64,000 bases of DNA, taken from the NCBI GenBank assembly GCA_037385645.1, contig JARRMU010000001.1, positions 2,110 through 66,109 on the forward strand. Direction: 5' to 3'. This document shows positions 19,097 through 27,709 of the stretch, piece after piece. Each line of letters starts with the position of its first letter. Within the stretch, counting starts at the first letter, position 1. The position numbers and the translations under genes were made by a program. Source of the DNA: Gemmatimonadales bacterium. GTDB lineage: Bacteria; Gemmatimonadota; Gemmatimonadetes; Palauibacterales; Palauibacteraceae. The notes under the pieces were generated by a model. That model searched no databases and was not told the origin of the DNA. It saw only the letters and a program-made list of their open reading frames with translations.

Positions 19097-20083
19097 ATGC
19101 TCAGACTTCATCCTTACATCTATCATCGTCCAGCGGTCCTCGACGACGCGCTGGAGCTGCTGGGCCGGCATGCCGGTGACGTCCTTCCGATTGCCGGGGG
19201 CACCGATCTGGTGCCCAACATGAAGCACAAGCTCTTCACTCCCGGCCATCTCGTTGCCCTGCGCGGGATCGACGAGCTCAAGGGGATCGAGGTCGTGGAT
19301 CGACAGCTACACATCGGTGCGACCGAATCTCTCCATGCCATCGCCGGCCACCCGGCGATCCTGGAGCACGTGCCGGCTCTGGCCACCGCCTGCTCAGAGA
19401 TCTCGAGTCCGCAGCTCCGCCGCATGGGAACGATCGGCGGCAATATCTGCCTGGATACCCGCTGCACCTACTACAACCAGACGCTGTTCTGGAGGAAGGC
19501 GCTCGGGTATTGCTTGAAGAAGGACGGTGAAATCTGTCATGTCGTGCCCGGCGGTACCCGCTGCGTCGCCGCCCACTCCGCCGACACGCCCCCCGTGCTC
19601 ATGATCCTGGACGCGAGCGTCGAGATCGCGGGATCTGCCGGGGTCCGTAAGCTCCCCGTATCTCGCTTATTCACCTCGAACGGCGTCTGGAACCGGCGGA
19701 TGGAGCCGAATGAGCTCCTCGTGGCCGTACACATCCCCCTGCCCGAGCCCGGCTTGCGCATGAGCTTCCAGAAGCTCCGACATCGCGCATCCATCGACTT
19801 TTCACTCCTGAACCTCGCTGTTGCGGCGCGCGTGGATGACGAGGGAGTCGTGACCGAACTGCGAATGGCGATCTCGGCCCTCGGTTCATATCCGCGGCTC
19901 GTCGGGAAAGTGGACGATGCCGCCGTCGGGAACCGTCTCACGCCGTCCGTCATCGACGCGGTCGCAGAGCAGGCGTTTCGCCAATGCCACCCGCTCGAGA
20001 ACATCATCGTGGACACCGAGTGGCGGCGCGCGATGGTCCCGGTCTTGGTCCGGCGCGCCCTCAAGGAGGTGGCGGCTCTCTGA
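19097..20083 (+). CDS. FAD-binding subunit of a xanthine dehydrogenase-family molybdoenzyme (CoxM/HcrB-like) carrying a Cys-rich insertion
   Basis: The FAD-binding fold has AGGTDL and GTIGGN motifs. It also has C118x4C123x15C139x7C147x8C156. Confidence 0.8.
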   Translation: MLRLHPYIYHRPAVLDDALELLGRHAGDVLPIAGGTDLVPNMKHKLFTPGHLVALRGIDELKGIEVVDRQLHIGATESLHAIAGHPAILEHVPALATACSEISSPQLRRMGTIGGNICLDTRCTYYNQTLFWRKALGYCLKKDGEICHVVPGGTRCVAAHSADTPPVLMILDASVEIAGSAGVRKLPVSRLFTSNGVWNRRMEPNELLVAVHIPLPEPGLRMSFQKLRHRASIDFSLLNLAVAARVDDEGVVTELRMAISALGSYPRLVGKVDDAAVGNRLTPSVIDAVAEQAFRQCHPLENIIVDTEWRRAMVPVLVRRALKEVAAL

Positions 20084-20103
20084 GAAACCTGAATGAGTGG
20101 GGT

Positions 20104-21267
20104 TCAGTTGCCGAAGCTGGTTCCGAGGGCGCGGGCCGTGGCGATGATGTCGCTCTCGAGTGGGACGGTCTTCACCTCTCGCACCGCCTCGTCCAGCGGC
20201 ACAGCCAGCACGCGAGGCGGATCCAGAGCCACCATGCAGCCGAACTCGCCATTCGCCACGCAGCGGACGGCTGCCGCGCCGAAGCGGAGCGCGATGAGGC
20301 GGTCATAGGCCGTGGGCGGCCCCCCGCGTTGAAGGTGTCCGAGCGCCAGGGCGCGCGTCTCCTTTCCGGTTCTCTCCGCGATCTGCTGTGCCAACCGCTC
20401 GCCGATGCCGCCGAGTCGCGGCTGCCTCGCCGAGCCGGACGGCACGGTCTTCATCGTCACCTCGCCGTCCACGGGCTTCGCGCCCTCCGCGACGCAGACG
20501 ATGCTGAACCGCCTCCCCGACCGTTCGCGCTCCATGATCTTGTCGCACACCTTTTCGATGTCGAAGGGGATCTCGGGGATGAGGATGACGTCTGCCGTGC
20601 CCGCCACTCCGGCGAAGAGGGCGATCCAACCGGCGGAGGCTCCCATCACCTCCACCACGAACACGCGGCCGTGACTCTCGGCGGTGGAGTGGAGCCGGCC
20701 TATCGCCTCCGTGGCCGTCTCCGCCGCCGTATGAAACCCGAACGTCACCGTCGTCGCGGCGAGGTCGTTGTCGATCGTCTTGGGCACACCGACGACCGGA
20801 AGTCCGAGGGCAGCCAGCTCGGCCGCGATGCGAAGGCTCCCATCCCCGCCGATCGCGATGAGGGCGTCGAGCCCCAGTCGCTCGACGGCGGCCAGGATCT
20901 CGCCAGATCGGTCGCGTCGCTCGACGGTTCCATCGGAGAGCTCACACGGCCAGTCCATCGGATTACCTCGATTGGTGGATCCGAGGATCGTGCCGCCGAG
21001 GTGGGTGATTCCACGCACCCGCCGAGGTGTCAAAGGCACGATGTCGCCCGAGGCGTCCGGGAGGAGACCCGCGTACCCGTTCTCGATGCCCACGACCTCC
21101 CAGCCGCGTCGGTCGGCGGCGAGGACGGCGGCCCTGATAACGGCGTTGAGTCCCGGTGCGTCGCCGCCACCAGTATTGATGGCGATCCGACGTATCCCCT
21201 TGCGCTCGCCGCGATCCGCGTCCAGCCCGTCGGCCTTCGCCTCTCGCTCGGTTTTCGATTCCGCCAT
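20104..21267 (-). CDS. pfkA: 6-phosphofructokinase, predicted ATP-dependent
   Basis: GGDAPGLN, IGGDGS (Gly at E. coli position 104), PKTIDND and MGASAGWIAL are present. Confidence 0.85.
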   Translation of the reverse strand: MAESKTEREAKADGLDADRGERKGIRRIAINTGGGDAPGLNAVIRAAVLAADRRGWEVVGIENGYAGLLPDASGDIVPLTPRRVRGITHLGGTILGSTNRGNPMDWPCELSDGTVERRDRSGEILAAVERLGLDALIAIGGDGSLRIAAELAALGLPVVGVPKTIDNDLAATTVTFGFHTAAETATEAIGRLHSTAESHGRVFVVEVMGASAGWIALFAGVAGTADVILIPEIPFDIEKVCDKIMERERSGRRFSIVCVAEGAKPVDGEVTMKTVPSGSARQPRLGGIGERLAQQIAERTGKETRALALGHLQRGGPPTAYDRLIALRFGAAAVRCVANGEFGCMVALDPPRVLAVPLDEAVREVKTVPLESDIIATARALGTSFGN

Positions 21268-21360
21268 TCAACGTCCCGTGAATCGGGTTGGATGAAGTGC
21301 TAATCTACGTGCTCTCGCTGCGGAGTCACCCTCCGCGCACATCAGCATCGGAGTCAGAGA

Positions 21361-22623
21361 ATGAACGCTGACAACCGCTTCGGAATACTCGTCGGAGGGG
21401 GACCCGCTCCCGGGATCAACAGCGTGATCGGAGCAGCCACGATACGCAGCGCGCTGGATGGAGTGGACGTTATCGGGATTTTCGACGGCTTCAAGTGGCT
21501 CATGCGGGGTGACGATCAGCACGTGGTGCCGCTGACGATCGAGGACGTGAGTCGGATCCACTTCTCGGGAGGGTCCTGCTTGCGGACATCGCGGGCCAAC
21601 CCGACGACGGATCCTGCGCTGCTGGATCGCGTCGTTGAGACCCTGACGGATCTGGGCATCAGCGGCCTGATCACGATCGGAGGTGACGATACGGCCTACT
21701 CCGCCACCAAGGTGGCTGAGCGGGCGGCCGGATCGATCCGCGTGGTGCACGTGCCCAAGACGATCGACAACGATCTCGCCCTACCGCCCGACAGCGACAC
21801 CTTCGGCTACCAGACCGCGCGTCACGCAGGCGTTCGGGTGGTGAAGACCCTGATGACCGATGCGCAGACGACTGCCCGCTGGTACTTCGCCGTGGCGATG
21901 GGCCGGAAGGCAGGCCATCTGGCCCTCGGGATCGGCAAGGCGGCGGCCGCGACGATCACTCTCGTGCCGGAGGAGTTCGGCGACGGAAGCGCCCGACTGG
22001 AGTCGATCGTCGACACGCTGACGGGGTCGATCATCAAGCGGTTGGTGGACGGAAGGTCGGATGGAGTGGCCGTCGTGGCCGAGGGGGTGATTCTCGGGCT
22101 TTCGGAAGGGCAGCTGGCCGTGTTGGAAGGGGTCGAGCGCGACGATCACGGTCATGTGCGACTGGCGGAGGTGGATGTCGGCGGGATCCTCAAACAGGGG
22201 GTGAAGGCACGGCTGGCGGCATTCGGCATCCAGCCGACGATCGTGGCGAAGAACATCGGATACGAGTTGCGCTGCGCCGACCCGATCCCGTTCGATCTCG
22301 AGTATACCAGAGACCTGGGGTTCTGCGCCTCCAGATGTCTGAGCGACGGCGGCAACGGCTTCCTGATCACGATGCAGGGAGGCAGCTTCGTGCCGGTGCC
22401 CCTCGCGGATCTTCTGGATCCCGAGACCGGCCGCATGGCTGTACGGATGGTGGACACGCAATCCACCCGATTCCGAATCGCGCAGCGCTATATGATTCGA
22501 CTCCGTGACAGGGACTTCGAGTCACCGAGTCGGCTGGAGGAACTGGCCGACGTATGCGGAATCACAGCGTCCCGATTCAAGGAAGAATTCGAGGGCGTGG
22601 CGAAGCCGTGGGCGGCGTTCTGA
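21361..22623 (+). CDS. 6-phosphofructokinase paralogue, predicted PPi-dependent
   Basis: GGGPAPGIN, IGGDDT (Asp at position 104) plus PKTIDND (Lys at 124) and MGRKAGHLAL are present. It is divergent from pfkA across a 93-bp spacer. Confidence 0.75.
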   Translation: MNADNRFGILVGGGPAPGINSVIGAATIRSALDGVDVIGIFDGFKWLMRGDDQHVVPLTIEDVSRIHFSGGSCLRTSRANPTTDPALLDRVVETLTDLGISGLITIGGDDTAYSATKVAERAAGSIRVVHVPKTIDNDLALPPDSDTFGYQTARHAGVRVVKTLMTDAQTTARWYFAVAMGRKAGHLALGIGKAAAATITLVPEEFGDGSARLESIVDTLTGSIIKRLVDGRSDGVAVVAEGVILGLSEGQLAVLEGVERDDHGHVRLAEVDVGGILKQGVKARLAAFGIQPTIVAKNIGYELRCADPIPFDLEYTRDLGFCASRCLSDGGNGFLITMQGGSFVPVPLADLLDPETGRMAVRMVDTQSTRFRIAQRYMIRLRDRDFESPSRLEELADVCGITASRFKEEFEGVAKPWAAF

Positions 22624-22627
22624 GCCG

Positions 22628-23311
22628 ATGATGATCGAGGATGCCCGCCCCGCGAGGGGATTCGGCTCGGTGGAGATGGTCCTGTTCGATCTGGATGGCA
22701 CGTTGATCGACTCGCGCGAGCTCATCCTGGGCTCCTACCGGCACACGATGGAGGCCCACCTGGGCTGGGTGCCTCCCGACGAGGCCTGGCTCGTGAACAT
22801 GGGCAAGCCGCTGATCATTCAGCTCAGAGGCTTCGCGGGCGACGAGCGTCAAGCCCTGTCCATGATGGAGACCTACCGTCAGCACAATGCCAGAACGCAC
22901 GACCACGCACTGAGGCCGTTCCCAGGCATGGATGACACGCTGAGGCGACTTCGGGCCGCGGGCTACCGACTCGGCGTCGTCACGAGCAAGCTGGGCGACA
23001 TGGCGCTTCGCGGCCTGGAGACGTGCGGTCTGAGCCTCGAGTGGTTCGACGCCTTCGTCACCGCCGACGACCCCGTTCCACACAAGCCGGATCCGGCTCC
23101 GGTCAGGCTGGCTCTGGATCGGGCGAGCGTCGGCGACGCCGGGCGGGCGCTCTTCGTCGGCGATTCCCCTTGGGATCTGATGGCAGGCCGCGCGGCCGGT
23201 ACTATGACCGCTGCCGCGCTGTGGGGACCGTTCGAAAGAGATGACCTCGAGGCGGGCGAGCCCGACTACTGGCTCGCACGCCCCATCGACGTTGCCGAGT
23301 TGCTGCTCTAG
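22628..23311 (+). CDS. HAD-superfamily hydrolase (phosphoglycolate phosphatase-like)
   Basis: HAD motif I is LFDLDGTLIDS and motif IV is FVGDSPWD. Confidence 0.75.
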   Translation: MMIEDARPARGFGSVEMVLFDLDGTLIDSRELILGSYRHTMEAHLGWVPPDEAWLVNMGKPLIIQLRGFAGDERQALSMMETYRQHNARTHDHALRPFPGMDDTLRRLRAAGYRLGVVTSKLGDMALRGLETCGLSLEWFDAFVTADDPVPHKPDPAPVRLALDRASVGDAGRALFVGDSPWDLMAGRAAGTMTAAALWGPFERDDLEAGEPDYWLARPIDVAELLL

Positions 23312-25962
23312 GTCGCTACGGCGCTCGTCTCCGGTTGCGGGGAGGGCTTCCCGTCTCCGGCGTCGTTCGATGCCGGCGCCGCCCCGCTCGGAATCGCCAC
23401 CGCCATCGCCTCTCCGAGGCTGTCGACCAGATGGAACGTCGTCTGCTCCCTGACGCGGTCGGGTAGCTCCTCCAGATCGCCCTCGTTGTCCCGCGGGAGG
23501 ATGATCTCGCGAATGCCGGCACGGTACGCGCCGAGCACCTTCTCCTTCACGCCACCGATGGCGCGGACCCGGCCGGTCAGGCTGATCTCGCCGGTCATCG
23601 CCACGTCGTGTCGGACGGGACGACCGCTGAGAGCGCTCACCAGCGAGGCCGACATGGCGACACCGGCCGACGGCCCTTCCTTGGGCACGGCGCCCGCGGG
23701 CACGTGCACGTGGATCGAACGCATCTCGTTGTCCGGAATGCCGAGTTCATCGGCATGGCCGAGGGCGTACGTCAGCGCGGCTTGGGCGCTCTCCTTCATC
23801 ACGTCGCCCAGATGGCCCGTTAGTTGGAGATCCTCCTTGCCGGCTCGCACACTGGTCTCGACGACCATGATGTCGCCTCCTGCCGGCGTATAGGACATGC
23901 CGGTCGCGACGCCGATCCTGTCCATCTCGAGCATCCGCTCCGGGTGGACCTTGGGCTGGCCCAGGAGGTCTCGCAGGTCGTCGGTCCCGACGGTCACGCT
24001 CTCCGACTCTCCGGACGCCACCTTCCGTGCCGATTTTCGGGCGATGGCTCCGAGTTCGCGCTCGAGATTGCGGACACCCGCCTCGCGGGTGTAACTGGCG
24101 ATCACGTCTCGAATGGCCTCGTCCGCGACGGTGATCTGGTCTCTCTCGAGGCCACTCTGCTCGACCTGACGCGGCAACAGAAAGCGCTTGGCGATCTCCA
24201 GCTTCTCGCCTTCCGTGTAGCCCAGGAACTCGATCGCCTCCATTCGGTCGCGCAGCGGTCCGGGTATCTGGTCCCAGAAGTTCGCCGTGGCGATGAAGAA
24301 GACGTCCGAGAGGTCGAACGGCACGCCGAGGTAGTGATCCACGAAGGCGTTGTTCTGTGCTGGATCCAAGACCTCCATGAGAGCGGCCGACGGATCGCCC
24401 TGAAAAGAGACACCCAGCTTGTCGACCTCGTCGAGAAGGAAGACCGGATTCCGGGTCCCGGCTCGCTTCAGCCCCTCGACGATGCGGCCGGGCAGGGCGC
24501 CGACGTAGGTACGCCGGTGACCTCTGATGTCCGCTTCGTCTCGGGCGCCGCCGAGTGAAACCCTTACGTACTTGCGGCCCATCGCCTCCGCGATGGACTT
24601 GGCGATCGATGTCTTGCCGACACCCGGCGGTCCCACGAACAGAAGCGTGGATCCCGTTCGGTCGTCCATGTGCCCGATGTGCTCCGCTCCCGACGTGTCC
24701 GGCTCGTCGGCGAGGCCGTTCCCTTCCTTCCCTCCGTTGTCGGCGGGGCCATCGGTCGGCAGCTCGACTTCGGCCTTGCCGTTCTTCTCCTCGTGCAGCT
24801 TTCGAACCGCGAGGAAGTCCAGCACACGGTCCTTGACGTCCTGGAGTCCGTAGTGGTCCCGCTCGAGAATCTCTTCAGCGGCCTTCAAGTCCAGCCGGCC
24901 TTCCGTCTTCTTCGACCAGGGCAAGTCCGCGACGATCTCCAGGTAGGTGCGAATGACCTGCGCCTCGGCGGTCTCGCGGGGGATGCGCTCCAGCCTGCGC
25001 AGCTCTCGGTCGACTTCCTTGCGCGCCTCGTCCGGGAGCTTCAGGGCTTCGATGCGCTCGCGGAGCTCCTCGACCTCCTGGCTGTCGACGTCCTCCCCGA
25101 GCTCCTTGTGGATCGCCTTCAGTTGCTCGCGCAGGAAGATCTCGCGCTGCCGCTCTCCGAGCTCCTCCTGAACCTTCGATCGGATCTGTTCCTGCGCCTC
25201 GAGGACGCCGATCTGCCGTTGCAGGTGGATGAGCAGCTTCCGCAGGCGGTCCTCGACGGAAAGCGTCTCGAGGAGCTCCTGTTTTTCATCGGTATCGAGC
25301 TCGGTGTAGAAGGCAACGAGGTCGGCCAGCTCGCCCGGCGTGGAGATTCCGCCCAGCAGGTGATCCACGATCTCCTTCGGGACGCCACGGAGCCGGCTCA
25401 ACTCGGCGGCTCGCTCGCGCACCTCCTTGTAGAGGGCGGCGAAGGCGGACTCGCCCGCGTCCAATGGCGGCATGTCCTCCATCCGCCTGGAGACCACCTC
25501 CATGTAGCCATCCTTGATGGCGTACTCGAGCGCGGCACCGCGCTCCTCGCCTTGGATGACCATCTGGACCCCGCCGGGCACACGCTGCATCTGTGCAATC
25601 CGGGCGATCGTTCCGACCCGGTACAGCTCATCCGCGTCGGGCTCTTCCACCTCGGCATCTTTCTGGGCGACGGCGAATATACGCTTGTCGCCGGCGACCG
25701 AAGCTTCAATCGCCTTGAGCGTCATATCCCGGCCCGCAGCGATCGGCGCCGCTACGGCGGGGAACGTGACGGTACCCCGAAGCGGGAGTACCGGTAGGCG
25801 GCTTCGCTCGCTCAGCCGGCCGTCCACGGCCTCCGGATCCCCGTTGGCGCCCTCGGACACCGTCTTGGGGCCGTTGTCGATCGGGTCTGGCTCCGCCATG
25901 TCGTCATCCGACTTGTGTTCGCCGTCCAGCGCGTCGTCGTGAGTCCGGTCCTCTTCGCTCAT
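23308..25962 (-). CDS. lon: ATP-dependent Lon protease
   Basis: The LON N-domain, AAA+ Walker A GPPGVGKTS and the S-K dyad region PKEGPSAGVAM are present. Start was chosen at MSEEDR, which has an AGGAG RBS 7 nt upstream. Confidence 0.95.
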   Translation of the reverse strand: MSEEDRTHDDALDGEHKSDDDMAEPDPIDNGPKTVSEGANGDPEAVDGRLSERSRLPVLPLRGTVTFPAVAAPIAAGRDMTLKAIEASVAGDKRIFAVAQKDAEVEEPDADELYRVGTIARIAQMQRVPGGVQMVIQGEERGAALEYAIKDGYMEVVSRRMEDMPPLDAGESAFAALYKEVRERAAELSRLRGVPKEIVDHLLGGISTPGELADLVAFYTELDTDEKQELLETLSVEDRLRKLLIHLQRQIGVLEAQEQIRSKVQEELGERQREIFLREQLKAIHKELGEDVDSQEVEELRERIEALKLPDEARKEVDRELRRLERIPRETAEAQVIRTYLEIVADLPWSKKTEGRLDLKAAEEILERDHYGLQDVKDRVLDFLAVRKLHEEKNGKAEVELPTDGPADNGGKEGNGLADEPDTSGAEHIGHMDDRTGSTLLFVGPPGVGKTSIAKSIAEAMGRKYVRVSLGGARDEADIRGHRRTYVGALPGRIVEGLKRAGTRNPVFLLDEVDKLGVSFQGDPSAALMEVLDPAQNNAFVDHYLGVPFDLSDVFFIATANFWDQIPGPLRDRMEAIEFLGYTEGEKLEIAKRFLLPRQVEQSGLERDQITVADEAIRDVIASYTREAGVRNLERELGAIARKSARKVASGESESVTVGTDDLRDLLGQPKVHPERMLEMDRIGVATGMSYTPAGGDIMVVETSVRAGKEDLQLTGHLGDVMKESAQAALTYALGHADELGIPDNEMRSIHVHVPAGAVPKEGPSAGVAMSASLVSALSGRPVRHDVAMTGEISLTGRVRAIGGVKEKVLGAYRAGIREIILPRDNEGDLEELPDRVREQTTFHLVDSLGEAMAVAIPSGAAPASNDAGDGKPSPQPETSAVAT

Positions 25963-26299
25963 CGCATCTCCTGATTTATCCGGTGCGAGCACCGATTGCA
26001 GCCTCCCATCGTCTGCATTCGCTGTTCGCCCACGGCACCTGTCCCGCCAACCCGGACGCGGGAGCGCCCGGCCAACTGCCAGTGCACGATCTGGGCCCGC
26101 TCGCCGGTGCCCGAGGAGGCGCCGTACGCCTATATGGCACCCGAGGCGTGCGGTCCTGTCGGCGCCGTCGGCCAACCCGGCATGAAACCGCCCTGTCTGG
26201 TCCGGGCGCTCAAGTAGTGTCAGAATGGACGCCCCTTCGAGCCGCTGCGAAATGGGCTGGAAGACGAAGCGGCACGAAGCTCATATTAAAACCGCGCCA

Positions 26300-27709
26300 A
26301 TGTTCGGGTACTTTAGCTCCTGCGATTGCTCTCGTCACACGTCCTGCTACCCCTCCCGGGTCGTCGCGGGGGCGTGGCTTGTCGTTTTCGCTCTCCTTAT
26401 CGCGCTGCCGGGGGCGCTGCACGCTCAGGCCGGCGACTCCATCCCCGCACGGTTTGCCGCCGAGCAGGCAAGGGATTCGGTGCCGCAGGAGCGGGGTGGC
26501 CCGGTCTCCCCGGACAGCGCCGACAAGATCCGGGCCCTCCTGCGCCGTCCTCCCGCCAGTCACCCGGCCGATGCTCGGGATTATGTCGGACTGCCCCTCG
26601 GGGTGGCGATGCTGCCGCTTCGCATGCTGGCTGCCGGGATCTCCGTCGCCGCGGCGGGCATCAGCCAGCTGCTGCCCGAAGCCGAAGGGCCGAACATCTA
26701 CGAAAGGATGGTCGAGTGGGGGCTGGAGCCATCCGTCGAGTCGCTGGGCTACAACGCGGGCGACGGAATCCAGCTGCGCCTTACCCGATTCGCCCCGGCG
26801 TTCATCGAAGGGGCTGCCTCGGTTATCCAGGCGCCCGGTGCCGCCTACGTCGCCTTCGGACTGACGACCAAGGACAGGATGACCGACGCCGGCGCCAAGT
26901 TCCGGAGACTCACCGAAGCCCAGTTCTGGGGGGTCGGGATCGACTCGCAGGAGGACGACAAATCGAACTACGAGTGGGAGCAGATCCTGCTTGGCGGGAT
27001 CTGGCAGGCGAAGGTCTCCGATCACCTCAGCTTCAACAGCGCCGCCGGATGGGAGACGAACCGGACGGGTCCGGGACAGAACGATGACCTGCCCGACATA
27101 CGCGAGACCTTCGATCCCGACTCTCTGTACGGTTCCCTCCAGGTCGTCAACTACGTCGTCGCGGGGACCAAGGCGACCGTCGATTTCACCCACATCGACA
27201 TCCTGCAACCTCGAGGAGTGCGTTTCATCGGCGAGGCGTTCTACTACGGCGGCACCGGCTCCACCGACTCCGATTTCCTGCGACTGCAGGGCGAGGTGCA
27301 GGGCTACATCCCGTTCAACCAGCGCCAGTCGTTCGCTCTTCGCACCCTCGTCGAGACCAATCCCGGTTGGGGCCAGGGTGTGCCCTTCTACTATTTTGCA
27401 GAGCTGGGTGGCGATCGGGATCTGCGAGGCTTCACGACCGCCCGTTTCCGTGACCGGGACAGGCTCACGTGGACGGTGGAGTGGCGGTACGAGGCCTGGC
27501 GGGAGCTGCAGGATCGCTCGCGGGCGGAGTGGTTCGTGTTCTGGGATTCCGGCACGGTGATGCCCAGCATCGGCGAGATCACCTCCTTCCGGAATGACTG
27601 GGGCTTCGGGCTACGCTTCGCCACACAAACCGGCCCCGGCGCCCACTTCTTCTTCGCCTGGGGCGACGAGGGCTTCCGGTTCGGCTTCAGGCTCATCTCG
27701 GACTTCTGA
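26300..27709 (+). CDS. Omp85-family outer-membrane beta-barrel protein (bacterial surface antigen/D15-like)
   Basis: It has a signal peptide (...WLVVFALLIALPGALHAQ), a loop-6 DLRGF motif (the VRGY/F equivalent) and a C-terminal beta-signal ending ...FRFGFRLISDF. The start is uncertain (26225 or 26300). Confidence 0.55.
   Translation: MFGYFSSCDCSRHTSCYPSRVVAGAWLVVFALLIALPGALHAQAGDSIPARFAAEQARDSVPQERGGPVSPDSADKIRALLRRPPASHPADARDYVGLPLGVAMLPLRMLAAGISVAAAGISQLLPEAEGPNIYERMVEWGLEPSVESLGYNAGDGIQLRLTRFAPAFIEGAASVIQAPGAAYVAFGLTTKDRMTDAGAKFRRLTEAQFWGVGIDSQEDDKSNYEWEQILLGGIWQAKVSDHLSFNSAAGWETNRTGPGQNDDLPDIRETFDPDSLYGSLQVVNYVVAGTKATVDFTHIDILQPRGVRFIGEAFYYGGTGSTDSDFLRLQGEVQGYIPFNQRQSFALRTLVETNPGWGQGVPFYYFAELGGDRDLRGFTTARFRDRDRLTWTVEWRYEAWRELQDRSRAEWFVFWDSGTVMPSIGEITSFRNDWGFGLRFATQTGPGAHFFFAWGDEGFRFGFRLISDF

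Noticed and set aside
25963-26175. N-terminal 71-aa extension of lon (955-aa ORF)
   Set aside because: The extension is Arg/Gly-rich and lacks an RBS. The internal ATG at 25962 has an AGGAG RBS 7 nt upstream and gives a canonical Lon N-terminus.
25963-26299. Search for a CIRCE or HrcA-type heat-shock operator upstream of lon
   Set aside because: No TTAGCACTC-N9-GAGTGCTAA-like element was found. Only a weak TTAGCTCC fragment was seen.
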